NCBI GenBank assembly: GCA_049700215.1
Contig: JBNAVT010000001.1
Span: 17,744 to 81,743, forward strand
DNA: 64,000 nucleotides
From: Thermoproteota archaeon
GTDB lineage: Archaea > Thermoproteota > EX4484-205 > JAAOZP01
Reading direction: 5' to 3'
The notes below the pieces were generated by a model. That model was not told the DNA's origin, did not search any database, and was given only the letters and a program-made list of their open reading frames with translations. Position numbers and translations under genes: made by a program. This document shows, in pieces, positions 54,770 to 63,513 of this stretch; positions within the stretch are counted from its first letter, which is position 1, and each line of letters starts with the position of its first letter.

Positions 54770-55771
54770 GTGGGGGAGCGTCTCACGTGCATCGGCGTTG
54801 AATCCACTGCTCATACTTTCGGGATAGGTGTCGTGAGGCATCCTCCTTTCGAGGCTCTTTGCGACGTCCGAAGGGTTTACAGACCTTCGGCAGGCGGCAT
54901 ACATCCGAGTGAGGCTGCGAAGCATCATTTGGACAAAGCTTCCAGCGCGCTTCAGGAGGCGCTGTCGAAAATAAGCGTTGAAGACATAGACCTGGTTTCC
55001 TTTTCACGAGGCCCCGGCCTGGGGCCGTGTTTAAGGGTTGGAGCAGCCTTGGCTAGAATGATTGCTCTAAAGCTTGGTAAACCACTGGTGGGGGTTAACC
55101 ATGCTGCTGCACACGTGGAGATCGGGAGGGCTCTAACCGGGGCCGCTAACCCGGTTGTGCTCTATGTTTCCGGAGGCAACACTCAGGTTATTCATCCTTC
55201 TGAAGGAAGATACGTTGTTCTCGGGGAGACTGAGGATATTGCTGTCGGAAACCTTATAGACGCTTTCGCTAGGAAAGCAGGCCTCGGTTTCCCTGGTGGC
55301 CCAAGAGTTATGGAGCTGGCTTCGAAGTCGCGCAGGCTGGTAAGGCTACCCTACAGTGTTAAAGGCATGAACGTATCCTTCTCAGGAATGCTGACGATGC
55401 TTGAAAACCTGGTTGAGAGGGAGCCGCTTGAAGACCTCTGCTTCTCGCTGCAGGAAACCGCTTTCTCCATGCTGATAGAGGTTTCGGAAAGGGCTATGGC
55501 GATGCTCGGGCTCAACGAGTTCATAATAGCCGGTGGCGTTGGCGCCAACCAGCGGCTTAGGGAGATGGCTGGGGAAATGTGTAGGGAGAGGAGAGCCGTC
55601 TTCCTGGATTACCCTGTTGAGTACTACGCTGACAACGGTGTCATGGTAGCTTGGGAGGGGATTGTGCAGTACAGGCTGGGAGAGTCTCTAAGGATTGAAG
55701 AGTCTATTGTTAAACCGAGGTGGAGGCTGAGCGATGTCAAGTCTCCTCCCCCAGGGATGTACTCGAGTTAA
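54770..55771 (+). CDS. kae1: Kae1 (tRNA t6A threonylcarbamoyltransferase, KEOPS)
   Basis: GVESTAHTFGIG, GVNHAAAHVEIG, ADNGVM. Confidence 0.95.
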   Translation: MGERLTCIGVESTAHTFGIGVVRHPPFEALCDVRRVYRPSAGGIHPSEAAKHHLDKASSALQEALSKISVEDIDLVSFSRGPGLGPCLRVGAALARMIALKLGKPLVGVNHAAAHVEIGRALTGAANPVVLYVSGGNTQVIHPSEGRYVVLGETEDIAVGNLIDAFARKAGLGFPGGPRVMELASKSRRLVRLPYSVKGMNVSFSGMLTMLENLVEREPLEDLCFSLQETAFSMLIEVSERAMAMLGLNEFIIAGGVGANQRLREMAGEMCRERRAVFLDYPVEYYADNGVMVAWEGIVQYRLGESLRIEESIVKPRWRLSDVKSPPPGMYSS

Positions 55772-56420
55772 AACCCTATACCAGGGTGCGGAGGCGGTTG
55801 TAGACCTCTGCGAATGGCTCGGAATAAGGGTTGTTGTTAAGACTAGGGTCGCTAAAGGCTACAGGGTTAGGGAGCTTGACGATTTTATAAGGCGCTCGAG
55901 AACAGTGAGGGAAGCATCCCTCCTGAGCTTGGCTAAGAAGGCTGGTGTAAAAACTCCTTTCGTCTACCACGTGAACCCTCTAGAGGGCCGCATAATAATG
56001 AGCTACGTTGAAGGCCAGAGTCTGAGGAGCATGCAGGGCTCAAGCATTTTCGCCAGTTTAATACGCATGCTTGGAGGCATCGTTGGGAGGCTTCACTCGG
56101 CAGGGATTATTCACGGCGACCTAACGCTTTCAAACGTGCTTGCCTCAGAGGACGGGCTCACCCTGATAGATTTCGGCCTAGGAGAGTTTTCAAACGAGGT
56201 TGAGAAGAAGGCTGAGGATGTTTACACGCTTTTCTCAAGCCTAAGGGCGCTCCCGGATTCTGGGACACTGGTGGCAGCCTTCCTCGAGGGCTACAGGCCT
56301 TCAGCCGGAGAGTCCGCGGCGAGGGTTGAGGAGAGGCTTAGGGAGATAGGCAGCAGGGGCAGGTATGTTGAGAAGGAGCTTAGACGAGGCTCAGCGGGAA
56401 GAGTGGAACGTAGATGCTGA
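55734..56420 (+). CDS. bud32: Bud32 atypical kinase (KEOPS)
   Basis: LYQGAEAVV, HGDLTLSNV, IDFGL. Start uncertain and overlaps the kae1 end. Confidence 0.85.
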   Translation: MSSLLPQGCTRVKTLYQGAEAVVDLCEWLGIRVVVKTRVAKGYRVRELDDFIRRSRTVREASLLSLAKKAGVKTPFVYHVNPLEGRIIMSYVEGQSLRSMQGSSIFASLIRMLGGIVGRLHSAGIIHGDLTLSNVLASEDGLTLIDFGLGEFSNEVEKKAEDVYTLFSSLRALPDSGTLVAAFLEGYRPSAGESAARVEERLREIGSRGRYVEKELRRGSAGRVERRC

Positions 56421-56446
56421 AACCGGTTGCCGTCAGCCTGAGGAAG

Positions 56447-57799
56447 CTAAAAACCAAGGATAATCCTGTCGTGAACAGCTTTAACAGCTTTCTCAGCATC
56501 GCCCATCGACACGGCGAAGGATATGCTTGTCTCAGACGAGCCTTGAGCTATGGCTAGAACATTAACCCCTGCTTCTGCAACGGCGGAGAATATTCTGGCT
56601 GCAACACCCTTAGTCCCCCTCATGCCCTCCCCGACGGCGGATATTACTGCAACACCCCTCTGTATCCTGATTCTTTTAACAAGCCTCTGTCTGCTAAAGC
56701 CTTCCCTCAAGCCTTTCAAAGCCATGTCTAGATCCCTGTCTTTAACAAGCAGGGTTATGCCGATTTCTGAAGCATCCTGGCTTATCATGGAGACGCTCAC
56801 CCCTCTCTTCGCAATCTCGCCGAGTATGGCTGAGGCCACGCCAGGGGCCCCCGCCATCGCAGCCCCCTCAACGGTTATAATACTCATGTCGGGTATCATC
56901 GCCACAGCCTTAACAATCTGTTTTTCAACAGCCTTCTCAAAGCCTATTGTCGTGCATTCCTTGAAAGGTTCCTGAATGCTTGAAACTATGATTCTTACCC
57001 CAAGCTCCTCGGCAAGCTCCACTGCCTGGGGGCTCACAACCCATTCTCCGAGCCTTGAAAGCTCCAGCGCCTCCGAGTAGGATAGGCTTGGTATTACCCT
57101 TGCCTTGTCGGCGATCCAGGGGTCGGCTGTGTAGACGCCGCCGTTAGCCTTCGGAACATACACCTCGTTAACCCTGAGCTCGCTAGCAGCAAGTATCGAT
57201 ACTACGCTGCCCATCCCTTTCCTGAGCGATGCTTCGCCGCCCTCGTGGTCGACGCAGGCCCTGCCGGATATTACGAGGGCTCCTTTCGAAACGCTTTTCA
57301 ACCCATCCGGGTTGACGAGGCTCACGTAATGGCTCCACGGCGGCTCATAGTCCTCTACGATCATGAATCCCGCTTGCCCGGCGGAAACCCATTTAGCGTC
57401 GACACCAACCGCGTTCAAATGGCTTGAAACAACCTTGGAAACAGTGTTTCCAAGCAGGTTTAGCATTACATGCAGCCCCCTGGGCGTTGCACCCTCCGCC
57501 TTCTTCTCAGCATGCAGGTACTCAGCGATCCTGTTCAAGCTTTCAACAAGCTCAGCTTCAACACCCCTTCTAAGTCCACCGGGAACTCCTTTCGCCAGAC
57601 TGTTAAGCTCGCCAGCCAGCTTCGCCAAAGCCTCGTCCTCGCTCACTCGTGAAGCAGCAGCCTCAGTTAAAACCCTCAGGGCTTCCTCGCGCGGCTCGAC
57701 TATGATCACCAGCCCCTGCGGTGCTTTTTCAGCAAGCTTCTCCAATAGCTCTTTTAACTCGAGCCCCGTGTTCTCAAGGTTAAGGTTTACAATCATCAA
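56447..57799 (-). CDS. aspartokinase-like protein with two ACT domains but degenerate catalytic motifs
   Basis: GGVYTADPW and the ACT regions align with aspartokinases. KFGGTS, GRGGSD and GAKVLHP are replaced by VNLNLENT, LRKGMGS and GEWVVSP. Confidence 0.7.
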   Translation of the reverse strand: MMIVNLNLENTGLELKELLEKLAEKAPQGLVIIVEPREEALRVLTEAAASRVSEDEALAKLAGELNSLAKGVPGGLRRGVEAELVESLNRIAEYLHAEKKAEGATPRGLHVMLNLLGNTVSKVVSSHLNAVGVDAKWVSAGQAGFMIVEDYEPPWSHYVSLVNPDGLKSVSKGALVISGRACVDHEGGEASLRKGMGSVVSILAASELRVNEVYVPKANGGVYTADPWIADKARVIPSLSYSEALELSRLGEWVVSPQAVELAEELGVRIIVSSIQEPFKECTTIGFEKAVEKQIVKAVAMIPDMSIITVEGAAMAGAPGVASAILGEIAKRGVSVSMISQDASEIGITLLVKDRDLDMALKGLREGFSRQRLVKRIRIQRGVAVISAVGEGMRGTKGVAARIFSAVAEAGVNVLAIAQGSSETSISFAVSMGDAEKAVKAVHDRIILGF

Positions 57800-58806
57800 C
57801 GCTTCTCCTCCTCCAGTATTTCAAAGATGTCTCTAATTATTGCGGCGGCTGTTTCAAACGGTCCAGCTCCTCTCCCAAGCAGGTAAACCGGCCCAGCCCT
57901 CCTCATTCTGAACTCCACCGCGTTCAGCGTCCCGCTCACATCAAGCACGCTCCCCCTCTTAAGCTTTGAAGGACCAACCCTGAGCCTACCTTCCTCAGTG
58001 AACTCTCCTATGAGCCTTATTGAGCAGCCGTTTAGAGCAGCTTCACGCAGGTCCCTTGGCTCAACGCCCTCTATACCCTTCAACTCGACCTCGTCAACCC
58101 TGTGACCCCCCTCGATACTGTTGGCTATTATGGTTATCTTGTAGGCAGTATCCATCCCCGAGACATCCATAGTTGGGTCGGCTTCAGCAATACCTATTTC
58201 GCGTGCAAGCCTCAAAGCCTCCTCGTAGCTCTTCCCCTCCTCCATCAGTGTGAGAATATAGTTGGAGGTCGCGTTTAAAACTCCTCTGAAGCCCTCGACA
58301 ACATCCCCAACGGTGAGCGTCCTGAGAGTTTTCAAAACGGGCAGTCCACCGCCGACCGTCGCGCTATACTTCACCATTCTCCCCCGTGTAAGAGCCGTCC
58401 TCATGACAGTGTCGTAATCATAGGCGAAAGGAGCCTTGTTCGCTGAGACAACGTGGGAGCCATGCTCGAGAGCCTTAAGAATGTGTTTTAAAGCCGGTCC
58501 TGAGCCACCCCTGCTCGTTGGCGTTGCTTCAACAGTCACATCGGGCTGGGCGAGCCTTATCGCCTCCGCCGCATCCATACTTGGAAAACCCCCCTGCTCA
58601 GAATAGGCCACGGAACCCCTCGCGATCTTCGTGGCCAAAAGGCTGCTGGCCTTAACACCGTTCTCCGAGAGCGTCGCTCCACCTCTGTCCACTATTCCAA
58701 CAATCCTCGGGTCTGCTCCGAGCCTTCTGAACCCCCTCCTCTCCTCCTCCATCAGCTGGAGGAATGCTCTTCCAACGTTTCCAAAGCCGATTAAAAGTAT
58801 CCTCAT
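57796..58806 (-). CDS. hom: homoserine dehydrogenase
   Basis: ILLIGFGNVGRAF Rossmann start. ATGA overlaps on both sides. Confidence 0.9.
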   Translation of the reverse strand: MRILLIGFGNVGRAFLQLMEEERRGFRRLGADPRIVGIVDRGGATLSENGVKASSLLATKIARGSVAYSEQGGFPSMDAAEAIRLAQPDVTVEATPTSRGGSGPALKHILKALEHGSHVVSANKAPFAYDYDTVMRTALTRGRMVKYSATVGGGLPVLKTLRTLTVGDVVEGFRGVLNATSNYILTLMEEGKSYEEALRLAREIGIAEADPTMDVSGMDTAYKITIIANSIEGGHRVDEVELKGIEGVEPRDLREAALNGCSIRLIGEFTEEGRLRVGPSKLKRGSVLDVSGTLNAVEFRMRRAGPVYLLGRGAGPFETAAAIIRDIFEILEEEKR

Positions 58807-60020
58807 AACAGTTTCCTCAAAGCCTCCGCAGGGTTTTCACCGGGGTTGATCACGAGCTCAGCATAGGGCTTTATGTCGACGCTCGGATCCTTCAAGCCGT
58901 GTCCAGTCGCCACGACGACGATTGTTTCATCACCCTTAAAGAACCCTTCTTTAGAAAGCTTAGCCAAGCCCGCCACAGGGGCTGCTCCAGCCGGCTCCGC
59001 GAACAAGCCCTCCATCCTGGCGAGGTCCACCTGAGCCCTCAATATTTCACGGTCGCTCACAGTAACCGCCGTCCCCCGGGAGTCTCTAATCGCCTTCAAC
59101 GCTTTTTTCCATGAAAACGGCCTTCCGATTCTTATTGCTGTTGCAACGGTCTCAGGCTTCTCAACAGGCTCTATAGTTTCCTCTCCCCGGAGGTATGCTT
59201 TTGCTATCGGGGCGGCTCCCTCAGCCTGAACCCCTATCATCCTCGGCTTAGACTCCGCCAGCCCGGCTTCAACAAGCTCTTTAAAACCCTTCCAGCCTGA
59301 AGATATGTTGGCAGCGTTTCCAACAGGGTATACGACGAAATCCGGCGTGTGGTTCAAGCCCTCCCATATTTCGAAGGCAACTGTCTTCTGGCCTTCAATC
59401 CTATACGGGTTCACTGAGTTTAAAACGTAAACCCCAAGCTCCTCTCTGTGGGAAAGAAGTGTTTCCAAAGCTTCGTCGAAGTTCCCTCTGACCCTGACTA
59501 CGGTGGCCCCGTGGGCAACAGCCTGGAGAAGCTTCCCGGGGGCAACGTAGCCGTCTGGAAGGAAGACGAGGCTTCTCAAGCCAGCTCTTGCCGCGTAGGC
59601 TGACATTGATGCTGAAGTGTTGCCTGTTGAAGCACACGCTACGCTCCTGGCGTGGAACCTGAGGGCTATGCTGACGGCGACAGTCATACCCCTGTCTTTA
59701 AAAGAACCAGTTGGATTAGCTCCCTCAAACTTGACGTAGAGGCTTCTCAAGCCCAAGTATTCCCCAAGCCTTTCAGCCTTAATGAGGGGAGTATCACCCT
59801 CACCTAGCGTGACGATTCTCCCAACCCTGGGAAGGAGGCTCCTATACCTCCAAACACCCCTGCCGTTGAACGAGACGCTTCTGAAGACACTCCTAGGGTA
59901 AACAACCTCCAAGAGGCCTCCGCACCTCCCGCATACAAGCACGCCTCCCCCGGGCGCATGGGTTGCGCCGCAATCCATGCACACCAGAGCCTCGTCACCC
60001 TGATACTCCATTACGCGCAT
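58803..60020 (-). CDS. thrC: threonine synthase
   Basis: N-terminal Cys4 ribbon CMDCG...CGRCG and PLP motif GANPTGSFKDRG. Confidence 0.95.
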   Translation of the reverse strand: MRVMEYQGDEALVCMDCGATHAPGGGVLVCGRCGGLLEVVYPRSVFRSVSFNGRGVWRYRSLLPRVGRIVTLGEGDTPLIKAERLGEYLGLRSLYVKFEGANPTGSFKDRGMTVAVSIALRFHARSVACASTGNTSASMSAYAARAGLRSLVFLPDGYVAPGKLLQAVAHGATVVRVRGNFDEALETLLSHREELGVYVLNSVNPYRIEGQKTVAFEIWEGLNHTPDFVVYPVGNAANISSGWKGFKELVEAGLAESKPRMIGVQAEGAAPIAKAYLRGEETIEPVEKPETVATAIRIGRPFSWKKALKAIRDSRGTAVTVSDREILRAQVDLARMEGLFAEPAGAAPVAGLAKLSKEGFFKGDETIVVVATGHGLKDPSVDIKPYAELVINPGENPAEALRKLL

Positions 60021-60075
60021 ACTCGCCTCCTCAGAGTTTTAAGCTTTAATAGTTCTCAGCATGGAAAAATGGCTG

Positions 60076-60642
60076 ATGAAGCTAGTGTTCATAACGGGGA
60101 ACCCTGGGAAATTCCTCGAGGCGAGGAGGCTGCTTGAAGAATACGGGATAATTCTTGAACAGGCCGATGTTGAAGTAACAGAGCCGCAGACAGATAGCCT
60201 GGAGGAGGTTGCTGAGAAATGCGCTGAGGAGGCTTTGGAAAAAATTGGTGAAAGCTTCCTAATCGAGGACTCCGGGCTATTCGTAAACTCTCTAAACGGC
60301 TTCCCAGGAGTATACTCCTCATACGTCTACAGGAAAATAGGCTGCGAAGGAATACTCAAGCTTCTCACAGGCTCAGCAGACAGGTCAGCATACTTCATGA
60401 CGGCCCTAGCCTACGGCGAGCCAGGCAAAGGCGTCAAGATATTCACCGGAAGAGTCGACGGAACAATCGCAACAGAGCCACGCGGGAAAAGCGGGTTCGG
60501 TTATGACCCCTTATTCATCCCTCTGGGCTCTAATCTGACTTTCGCGGAGATGAGCACTGAGGAGAAGAACAGGTTTTCCCACAGGGCTAGGGCGTTGAGA
60601 AGCTTTGCGTCATGGTTTCTGAGCAGGCATGAGGAAAAGTAG
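60076..60642 (+). CDS. non-canonical purine NTP pyrophosphatase (ITPase, RdgB/HAM1)
   Basis: FITGNPGKFLEA, EDSGLFV, GFGYDP, SHRARA. Confidence 0.9.
   Translation: MKLVFITGNPGKFLEARRLLEEYGIILEQADVEVTEPQTDSLEEVAEKCAEEALEKIGESFLIEDSGLFVNSLNGFPGVYSSYVYRKIGCEGILKLLTGSADRSAYFMTALAYGEPGKGVKIFTGRVDGTIATEPRGKSGFGYDPLFIPLGSNLTFAEMSTEEKNRFSHRARALRSFASWFLSRHEEK
60575..60620 (+). repeat. direct repeat, left copy (ITPase 3' end)
   Basis: Aligns gap-free with 63515..63560: 16 identical nt, 19 nt partly diverged, 11 identical nt. Confidence 0.8.
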
Positions 60643-61738
60643 GTGTGGCGTCTCGTGTAGAGACTGCCATTATTACGATTACAGACAGCTATGCCCAGGA
60701 TGCGCGATTGAACGTTGTCTCGTAGATTCGTGTCTAAGGGGCATTTCTTTTTCAGGTATTACATACCCCAAATCGTTCTGCAAGTTAAGAGCATATTGTC
60801 CTATTGGAGGGATGCCGAGACCGTTTCCAGTCCTACTTCCCCAATTAAGGAAAAAGGATATGCTTAGGATTAATTTTCCGTCATTCATTCCTCAAATCGA
60901 TATATGGAATCGTGAATCATGGTTTTGGATAGAAGGGGTAGATGCACCTGCTGTTTTTGTACCCCTCTGGCAACTGATTTTTAATAGTAGTTTAATATCA
61001 GAGGCTTCACGTAAAGGTCTTCACGATTTTCTCGGCTTTAATGGAAAAATATTGTTGTCTACGGTTATGCCTGACGAGCTTATTGATAGACTTACAAAGG
61101 ATGATTACTTTAAGCTGATTAAAGAATTAAGACCCGATGCCACAATGATTCCCGATAACTATACTTATGTTGACGCTCCATTATACCAATCTTGGTCTCA
61201 AACTATGCGGTTAATATCGTTTGCAAATGATTTTCTAGATCTCGATATCCCGTTAATCGGCTTAATCAAGGGTGCAAATCTGCGCCAAATCTACGTATCG
61301 CTTAAAAGTGAGGTTGAAATGAATTATGTTTCATTTGTTATGCCTGCGAGAGAACTTTTTGAGCAGGGCTTGTTAAATGATCTTCTTTCTCATGTGTTAA
61401 TCATGTTAAAGAGGTTGGGTAGAGTTAATAATAAAAAACTTGAAATACTTATTTACGGGGTTGGACGAAAGCTTGGGTACAAAGGGATGAGCTATAGTAA
61501 TTTTTCATGGTTTCTTGAAGCCAAACATGGTCTTTATTTTCGAGACGGCAAATTATACGATATGCGTGACGAGAAAATAAGATTTAGGGAGTGTTATTGT
61601 GATGCTTGCGAAGGCAAGATGCCACAGGACCTTATCAATCTATGGGTGGAAAATTCAGAATCTTGTAGAAGAATACTGGCTCTTCATAACCTGCTGGATT
61701 GGCTGAGGAGAAGTAAGAGTTGGGTGGGGGCTCTTTAA
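60629..61738 (+). CDS. TGT-fold (tRNA-guanine transglycosylase / DpdA-like) protein with N-terminal Cys cluster
   Basis: C-terminal ECYCDACEGKMPQDLINLWVENSESCRRILALHNL is CxCxxCx25H, the TGT zinc-site spacing. Alternating beta/alpha pattern upstream. N-terminus CGVSCRDCHYYDYRQLCPGCAIERCLVDSC. Confidence 0.6.
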   Translation: MRKSRCGVSCRDCHYYDYRQLCPGCAIERCLVDSCLRGISFSGITYPKSFCKLRAYCPIGGMPRPFPVLLPQLRKKDMLRINFPSFIPQIDIWNRESWFWIEGVDAPAVFVPLWQLIFNSSLISEASRKGLHDFLGFNGKILLSTVMPDELIDRLTKDDYFKLIKELRPDATMIPDNYTYVDAPLYQSWSQTMRLISFANDFLDLDIPLIGLIKGANLRQIYVSLKSEVEMNYVSFVMPARELFEQGLLNDLLSHVLIMLKRLGRVNNKKLEILIYGVGRKLGYKGMSYSNFSWFLEAKHGLYFRDGKLYDMRDEKIRFRECYCDACEGKMPQDLINLWVENSESCRRILALHNLLDWLRRSKSWVGAL

Positions 61739-61949
61739 TAGATCAGCATAAATCAAGGTTCCGGGAGGGAGACCAGGTTCTAACAGAACGGAAGGAAGAA
61801 TGGGAAGAATGCCGTAAAGAGGCCTATAGCGAGGTGAAGGAATTCGGTGAGTATAAAGTGGCATAACAGAAATTGGAGAATATGAGCTACTTAAAGGAAA
61901 TATCGTTATCTCAACGTTTGTAGAGGCAAGAATAGAAGAAGATAGGATT

Positions 61950-62638
61950 TTGTTTCCTTTGAGCCATGGAACCCTATTAGAAATCTCTTTTAGTGGGATT
62001 AGAGAAATTCTTACTCCTGAGAAGGCGGAATTATGCGGCCTTATAGCTGCAGAAGGCAGCTTATCTCCCTATGAAGGAGAGTCTCGCCAAATCTTCTTTC
62101 ACTCTGCAGATATGGAACTTATTGAAAGGTATATTGAGTTGTTCGAGAAGATTTATAACAAAACTCCGCATATTTACCAAGGTAAGGGCGAATTTATTGC
62201 GGGAATAAAGAATAAAGAGGCATATTACGATCTGAGGGAGATCGGGGCTAAACCGGGCCTTACAGGTACCACGTTCCTTTAAAACATTTAGACGAAGAGG
62301 GTGTTAAGGCATATTTAAGAGGGTTTTTCTCTGGTGATGGAAGCGTAGCAAGGCATGGAAAGTATTCGATTAAACTTAGAATATCCTCAAAGTACGGGGA
62401 TTGCCTAGAGGAGATAAGAGAGGCTTTGGTGAAGATTGGTTTTCAGCCTTCTGAGGTTCGTCTGGATAAGACTTATGGGACACATTATTTGGAGATATAC
62501 GCTCAAGATCGGATAAGGTTTATCGAAGAAATAGGAAGCTATAACCCTGCACATGTAAAGAAATTCGAAGAATTCTTAAAAGCGTATGAGGAGGATAAAT
62601 TAAAGGGAGGAAGACCAAAAAGGAATGATGACAAATGA
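61950..62638 (+). pseudogene. double-motif LAGLIDADG homing endonuclease with one frameshift
   Basis: Motif 1 LCGLIAAEGSL (ORF 61950..62282). Motif 2 YLRGFFSGDGSV lies in frame +2, open from 62252 and continuing into ORF 62426..62638. The shift is in ccgggcc around 62253-62259. Confidence 0.7.
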
Positions 62639-63336
62639 GTAAAATCACTGTTTGGGGATGGGGTGATAAATATGAGGCTGCCAGAGTCAATAGTGAAGCA
62701 TGCGTTGAGAAGTTTTGGAGAGAAGCAACTAAAGAGTGTCGAATAGCTTTAGTGGGTAAAGATCGGCGTGAGGGCATGATTTTTGGAATTGATGTTTACA
62801 CGGATGATCCGAAGAGTGTCGGATTTTTAGTGGAAAGACTACTAAACCTAGTCCTTACAAGAAAAAATAAGGTTTACGAAATTACAATAGAATTTCTTAC
62901 GGAGGAAGTCTCTTATAAGGGACACTTGAAAACACTTGAGGAGATAGAGAAACAGTACGAAACCCTGGCAAGTATATGTATCGAGAAAGTTAAAGACGAT
63001 CCGCGGGTGAAACCATTAACCGGCGGAAGGAGAATACTGGTCTTCCCGGATATGAGCTTATTTATCGAGCTTGAACCCGGGTACGGATTAAGGATGAAGG
63101 TGGGAGTCTTCCACTTCAATTTCGATGAGATGCTTAAATTCATCCAATTACTATCAGAGGATTTGATTAAAAGTAAACTGGCTAAGCGTATTTTAGGTTA
63201 TGGACTTTCGTTGGACATAGATAGGCTCGAGATTTCTGATGTTGATGTTACTGATGATGAGGTTCTGGTGGATCTTGCAGTGTCCGAGTCCGAAAATCTA
63301 ACACTCATTAGTTTTGATTACCATTATTATGATTAA
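62635..63336 (+). CDS. hypothetical 233-aa protein (acidic C-terminus)
   Basis: ATGA overlap with the LAGLIDADG ORF. No recognisable motif. Confidence 0.5.
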   Translation: MSKITVWGWGDKYEAARVNSEACVEKFWREATKECRIALVGKDRREGMIFGIDVYTDDPKSVGFLVERLLNLVLTRKNKVYEITIEFLTEEVSYKGHLKTLEEIEKQYETLASICIEKVKDDPRVKPLTGGRRILVFPDMSLFIELEPGYGLRMKVGVFHFNFDEMLKFIQLLSEDLIKSKLAKRILGYGLSLDIDRLEISDVDVTDDEVLVDLAVSESENLTLISFDYHYYD

Positions 63337-63513
63337 AAGAGTTATGTACATTCTATAGATAAGGTCAAATAAGTACTATATTTTCACTTTAATCGGTATT
63401 GTCACACTCATCTCCGAAAGCAATGCCATTGTCCCTACCTGCCTCAACATAATCCATGTAAATAATGTTCACATCCCTGTCCATATGGTGCGCATGACCC
63501 TTATTAGCGCGTG

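Noticed and set aside
60629-60670. Radical-SAM call from the Cx3Cx2C (CGVSCRDC) at the N-terminus of the island protein.
   Set aside because: The motif lacks the usual aromatic residue before the third Cys. No other radical-SAM features (GGE, ribose motif, partial TIM barrel of the right size) are evident. It is treated only as an unspecified metal-binding cluster.
61741-62640. Intein interpretation of the LAGLIDADG region.
   Set aside because: There is no N-terminal Cys/Ser splice block, no C-terminal HN(S/T/C) block, and no recognisable host protein on either side.
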